DNA of 10,856 bases from Thermotogota bacterium (GTDB lineage Bacteria > Bipolaricaulota > Bipolaricaulia > UBA7950 > UBA9294): contig JBDKUT010000014.1 of the NCBI GenBank assembly GCA_039679545.1, positions 1 through 10,856 on the forward strand, read 5' to 3'. Shown one piece after another: positions 8,601-10,856 of the stretch. Position 1 is the first letter of the stretch. Each line of letters opens with the position of its first letter. The notes under the pieces are model-generated. The model had not been told where the DNA came from. It ran no database searches and was given only the letters and a program-made list of their open reading frames with translations. Made by a program: the position numbers and the translations under genes.

Positions 8601-9177
8601 CGATCTGGGAGACCGGCCTTGCTGCAAGAACGAGGGCCGGCAGAACCAGCTCTCCGCCCCAACCGAACCCCCCGACCGGCAGGACACTGTGGCCGACGGC
8701 GTGCGTAGCCTTGAGAACGACGATCTGAAGAAGGAGAGCGACGAAAAAGCTGGGGGCCGACGCTCCAAGGATCGAGCAGAAGAGAAGGAGCGACGAGGCC
8801 AGCCGGCGCCGAGACACCGCCGCCGCGGTTCCGAGGAGGACGCCGGCCAACGTCGCAAGACCGAGCGTCACGCCCAGGAGACCGAGGCTCCGCGGCAGCG
8901 TCACGGCCACGACCTGCGCCACGGGAAGTCGACGCGATGTCGGGCCGCCCACGGACGTCATTCCCAAGTCCCCGTGCGCGAGGCGAACGACGTACGCGGA
9001 GAATTCCTGGCTTGCGTGACGCAGCGCGTCGCCTGCGGGGGCTCCGCGAGCCAGGTCGAGGGCGAACAGAGTGAACAAGGCCGTCGCGAGGCCCACGACG
9101 ACCACGAGCAAGATCCGCTCGCCCGCTCGAAGGGCTATCCTGCCGAGCCCCGTCCCGCTGTCGCAACTCAGCCGCAC
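5638..9177 (-). CDS. Fused peptide/nickel-family ABC permease (DppB-like + DppC-like) with C-terminal PA domain and degenerate M28 peptidase domain (~1179 aa)
   Basis: GTG at 9177 with GGAGG 7 nt upstream. DppB half: GDLGMTS, PSFF, LVLPALVL, EAA loop QDYVRTAHGKG, VEVYFGWSGAG, ending LLDPRL (~8257). DppC half: PWGTDALGRDLLS, EAA loop RPFVESARAVG, PEWGALL, LLGEGIR (~7200). Then a TM helix and M28 motifs FDGERA, GRELGSTG, AADYIAAEF, GANDNASGVAVLLEIARLL. Confidence 0.92.
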   Translation of the reverse strand: MRLSCDSGTGLGRIALRAGERILLVVVVGLATALFTLFALDLARGAPAGDALRHASQEFSAYVVRLAHGDLGMTSVGGPTSRRLPVAQVVAVTLPRSLGLLGVTLGLATLAGVLLGTAAAVSRRRLASSLLLFCSILGASAPSFFVALLLQIVVLKATHAVGHSVLPVGGFGWGGELVLPALVLAARPVSQIARITFIKVREILEQDYVRTAHGKGVPFRKVLSRHVARNAVMPILTTAAVSLRFALASLPVVEVYFGWSGAGYTLLRAISNQDDNLTVALLLSLALVFLAVQMLLELSYPLLDPRLGKAALELEEPRASLRDAISALVDGVRSLVRLPREWLAYLVRAAKRRARVPHVRVPQAERTRSLRRARIRVNLPLLVGGLLCVGVLVVVFFGADLAPHNPYLTRGLEKVGGTYMGPPFAPSAKFPWGTDALGRDLLSLVLAGAQQTLLLAAVAVAARMAMGVLLGAIAGWRRGSVLDRTIVGLAQVITPFPALLLAMLVILAVGIRQGVLPFAIGLCVIGWGELALFVRAEMIGLKSRPFVESARAVGMRTPRLVAAHLLPHMAPSLVALLAVEFSAVLVALGELGFLGIFLGGGAYAEMEMFSPPLHYSDVPEWGALLATFRQSARAHPWLGIYPSLAIFVSSFGFYLLGEGIRREIERGSFSLRRVFNRYTFTGAVAVGVLFYSISGSLGPAGIYRRDATLFDGERAVAHVAALTAGLGGRELGSTGAEAAADYIAAEFGRLSLQAIGEDGGYFVSSTGGFEKLTEAPVLTLDDEGPVLRYGVDFAEYANRFRCAGDAKGEIRFVSFGERPTYGEIDVSRFKRVDLSHEVLLVLSAADAELLAGRPCAGMLVVADEEAALKERSVLSPESRADWALAGGTTASTPIDRVTFWISEATADRILAGSGRTVAELRAEVPEVDARNPLTFVLPRRASLRAQGELRRDTPVRHVIGWVPGTRGAQGDQLDNQVIAVLAQYDTWPARPGSAKSEGANDNASGVAVLLEIARLLTESEYAPNRSFLLVAYSGVGWNGGEFRGEPSAEEFLKKSTFPSGRYTVEAVVRLRALGHGATSRLAVETSGGMRLSNLFRSAASRTGARMVVSETAIDLRSALSGKTAAEAGERTPEATLSCERWREATSPDDPSSAVEAGVLRRAGQATALGLMIMGSERDY

Positions 9178-9344
9178 CGGACGCCCTCCCTCCAGCGTCG
9201 CTCCGCAACCGCCAGTATAGCGGAACAGGCTCCTGCCCTGAGCCCGCCAACTTCTTGCTGGCGCTCGCTCCCCAGTCGGCTCTCGAGTCCCCGGGGGTGC
9301 ATCGCCCGCCGGGTCTCCCGTGCCCGCCGTGTGAGGGTTCCCCG

Positions 9345-9858
9345 GCGAACCACGGCTCAAGAAGCACGCTCACCGAGCGCCGCTCCTCGATGGTGGCGAC
9401 GGTGCCGGCCATGAATCCGCGGTACGTAAGCTCTGCGAGGCTCAGCCGCCGCTCCTCGAGAACCTTCGCGAACTCGGCCTCGACATCGGCGAGCATCTCG
9501 TCCAGTTCGCCGAGCGGGAATCACCAGTACACGTCGTGATGGTGAATGAACTCGCGACCAAATCGATCGGCGCGCTCCCTCGTGCGCCCCTCGGGGCAGT
9601 GTCCGTAGCAGACAAGGGCAATGGGGAATGCGCACGGCGGAAGACCAAACAGGGCTCGGTGCTCCTTCGCATGCCCCAAGACGTCGCCGACGTACCACGA
9701 GCCGATCCCCATCGACTCGACGGCAATGGCCGAGGTTTGCGCCGCGGCGAGCGCATCGCGCTCGCGATGATCCGGTCGACGTCTTCTCGGTCGATGGGTC
9801 GATCGGCGTACTCCCGAAGCGACGTTCGCTCATCGATCAGCCTTAGTGTCTCGTTCAT
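9345..9858 (-). pseudogene. Nitroreductase (NfsA/Frp-like) pseudogene
   Basis: AAGGAGG RBS and ATG 9858. Reads MNETLRLIDERTSLREYADRPI...SAMR, switches frame at 9759-9751 into DALAAAQTSAIAVESMGIGSWYVGD...LFGLP...YGH, hits an in-frame TGA at 9523-9521, then continues FPLGELDEM...ERRSVSVLLEPW. The 3' end is approximate. Confidence 0.85.
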
Positions 9859-9909
9859 CTCCCTCCTTGCCTCGATCGCGTTCGCGCATTCTCTCCCGCC
9901 ATCGCCGAG

Positions 9910-9938
9910 CTGTCCGTGGACCTCGGACCCCGTACAAT
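9910..9938 (+). promoter_or_regulatory. Candidate promoter for the intact nitroreductase
   Basis: TACAAT at 9933-9938 in a short AT-rich patch; weak -35 (CTGTCC, 9910-9915) at 17-nt spacing. Confidence 0.4.
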
Positions 9939-10060
9939 TAACTAGGAGGAAGGAGCTGAGCTGGCTTGCCGGAACCGCCTTCAGCGCTTCTGGAAGTCCC
10001 CGCAGTACCGGCGTGCAACGCTACGGAAAGACCACCAACCCGCACTCTCAAAGGAGCGCC

Positions 10061-10831
10061 ATGCAGAAGACGAACCCCGTCCTTGACTGCCTGATGAACC
10101 ACCGGTCGATCCGAAAGTTCAAACCCGACCCGGTCCCCGAGGAGACTCTCAACACGATCCTCGGCGCCGGGATCCGCGCCGCGACGGCAGGCTGTATGCA
10201 GGCGTACGCGTTCATCGTTCTCGACGATCCTCAGGTGCTGAAGAAGGTCAGCTACATCCCGGCGCCGCTCGCCGTCGTCGCCGTCGTCGACCAGTACCGC
10301 GTGAAACGGTACTACGAGCTTAACGACGCCCCCTTCTACAACGATCAGGCCGTCAACCTTCTCATCTCGTACTGGGACGCGACGATCGCGCTGCACAACG
10401 TCGTCGTCGCCGCAGAGAGCACGGGGCTCGGCGGCGTCTACATCGGCATGATCCTGTCTCAGGACCTGCGCGAGTCGCTCGGCGTGCCCGACTACGTCAT
10501 CCCGGCCGGCCTCGTCGCGCTCGGGTACCCCGACGAGGCGCCCGACCTGGCTCCCCGCCTACCGCTCGAGGCCGTCGTCCATCGGAACGGATACCACATC
10601 CCGTCCGACGATGACATCCGCGAGTGGTACCGCGTGCACGACGAGCCTTGGAAGAAGCGCTTCGACACGAAGTGGTCGGAAGAGCGGCGGAAGAAGTCGA
10701 TCGAGCAGGGCGTGACGAACCGCGCTCAGCAGTGGACCGTCGGCCACTACACACCCGACTTCATCCACGAGGAGTCGCAGGCGCTACTCCGCAATCTCCG
10801 CACCGCCGGGTTCCGACTCGAAGAGGACTAG
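10061..10831 (+). CDS. NfsA/Frp-family FMN-dependent nitroreductase (256 aa)
   Basis: AAGGAG RBS at 10051-10056; NHRSIRKF FMN-binding motif, DATIA..NVVVAAESTGLGGVYIG, LGVPDYV..LGYPDE, PRLPLEAVVHRNGY, and the long C-terminal extension typical of the NfsA group. Confidence 0.92.
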   Translation: MQKTNPVLDCLMNHRSIRKFKPDPVPEETLNTILGAGIRAATAGCMQAYAFIVLDDPQVLKKVSYIPAPLAVVAVVDQYRVKRYYELNDAPFYNDQAVNLLISYWDATIALHNVVVAAESTGLGGVYIGMILSQDLRESLGVPDYVIPAGLVALGYPDEAPDLAPRLPLEAVVHRNGYHIPSDDDIREWYRVHDEPWKKRFDTKWSEERRKKSIEQGVTNRAQQWTVGHYTPDFIHEESQALLRNLRTAGFRLEED

Positions 10832-10856
10832 CATCCCCCGGCCCACACTCGCCAGA

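Noticed and set aside
9214..9219. TATACT -10-like box upstream of the fused permease
   Set aside because: Plausibly positioned, but there is no -35 or extended -10 support, so it was not called as a feature.
9178..9360. 61-aa N-terminal extension of the fused permease from TTG 9360
   Set aside because: Low-complexity, overlaps the pseudogene 3' end and has no RBS; GTG 9177 has a good GGAGG and matches the DppB N-terminus.
5512..9496. Long alternative ORFs (5512..6555+, 6587..8155-, 7024..8328+, 8500..9414+, most of 8288..9496-)
   Set aside because: Arg/Pro-rich shadow frames of a high-GC gene. Only the first ~50 codons of 8288..9496 are meaningful, as the pseudogene tail.
9521..9523. In-frame TGA as selenocysteine or recoding
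   Set aside because: It is not at a Cys-equivalent catalytic position, the gene is already broken upstream, and the intact genes here use TGA as stop.
9950..10035. Partial resemblance to TPP (GCTGAG, GAACC, ACCGGCG) or FMN (GGAAGTCCCC, ACCGGCG) riboswitch motifs
   Set aside because: Key conserved segments and spacing are missing (no CTGAT...GGGA for TPP; no AGGGC...GGATG for FMN).
9536..10060. 175-aa N-terminal extension of the nitroreductase ORF (431 aa)
   Set aside because: It is the antisense of the pseudogene plus intergenic DNA; ATG 10061 has an RBS and family homology starts there.

Overview
GC-rich bacterial window with no rRNA, tRNA, CRISPR array or mobile element that I can recognise. 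The envelope proteins suggest Ca. Bipolaricaulota, but that is a recollection-based inference. Left to right: a degraded pectinesterase-like/beta-helix secreted-protein gene (-); an intact secreted beta-helix protein with a C-terminal carboxypeptidase-regulatory-like domain (-); a PaaK/CapK-like adenylate-forming ligase (+); a putative outer-membrane beta-barrel/surface protein and a cohesin-like lipoprotein in a two-gene operon with a clear sigma70 promoter (-); a ~1180-aa fusion of DppB-type permease, DppC-type permease, an extra TM helix and an extracytoplasmic PA/M28 peptidase-fold domain (-); and two divergent NfsA-type nitroreductases, one intact (+) and one pseudogenised by an apparent microhomology deletion plus a nonsense codon (-). 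The most striking element is the fused permease. Its M28 domain appears to have lost four of five Zn ligands and the catalytic Glu, and no binding-protein or ATPase gene is adjacent, so the dead peptidase fold may act as a tethered receptor.
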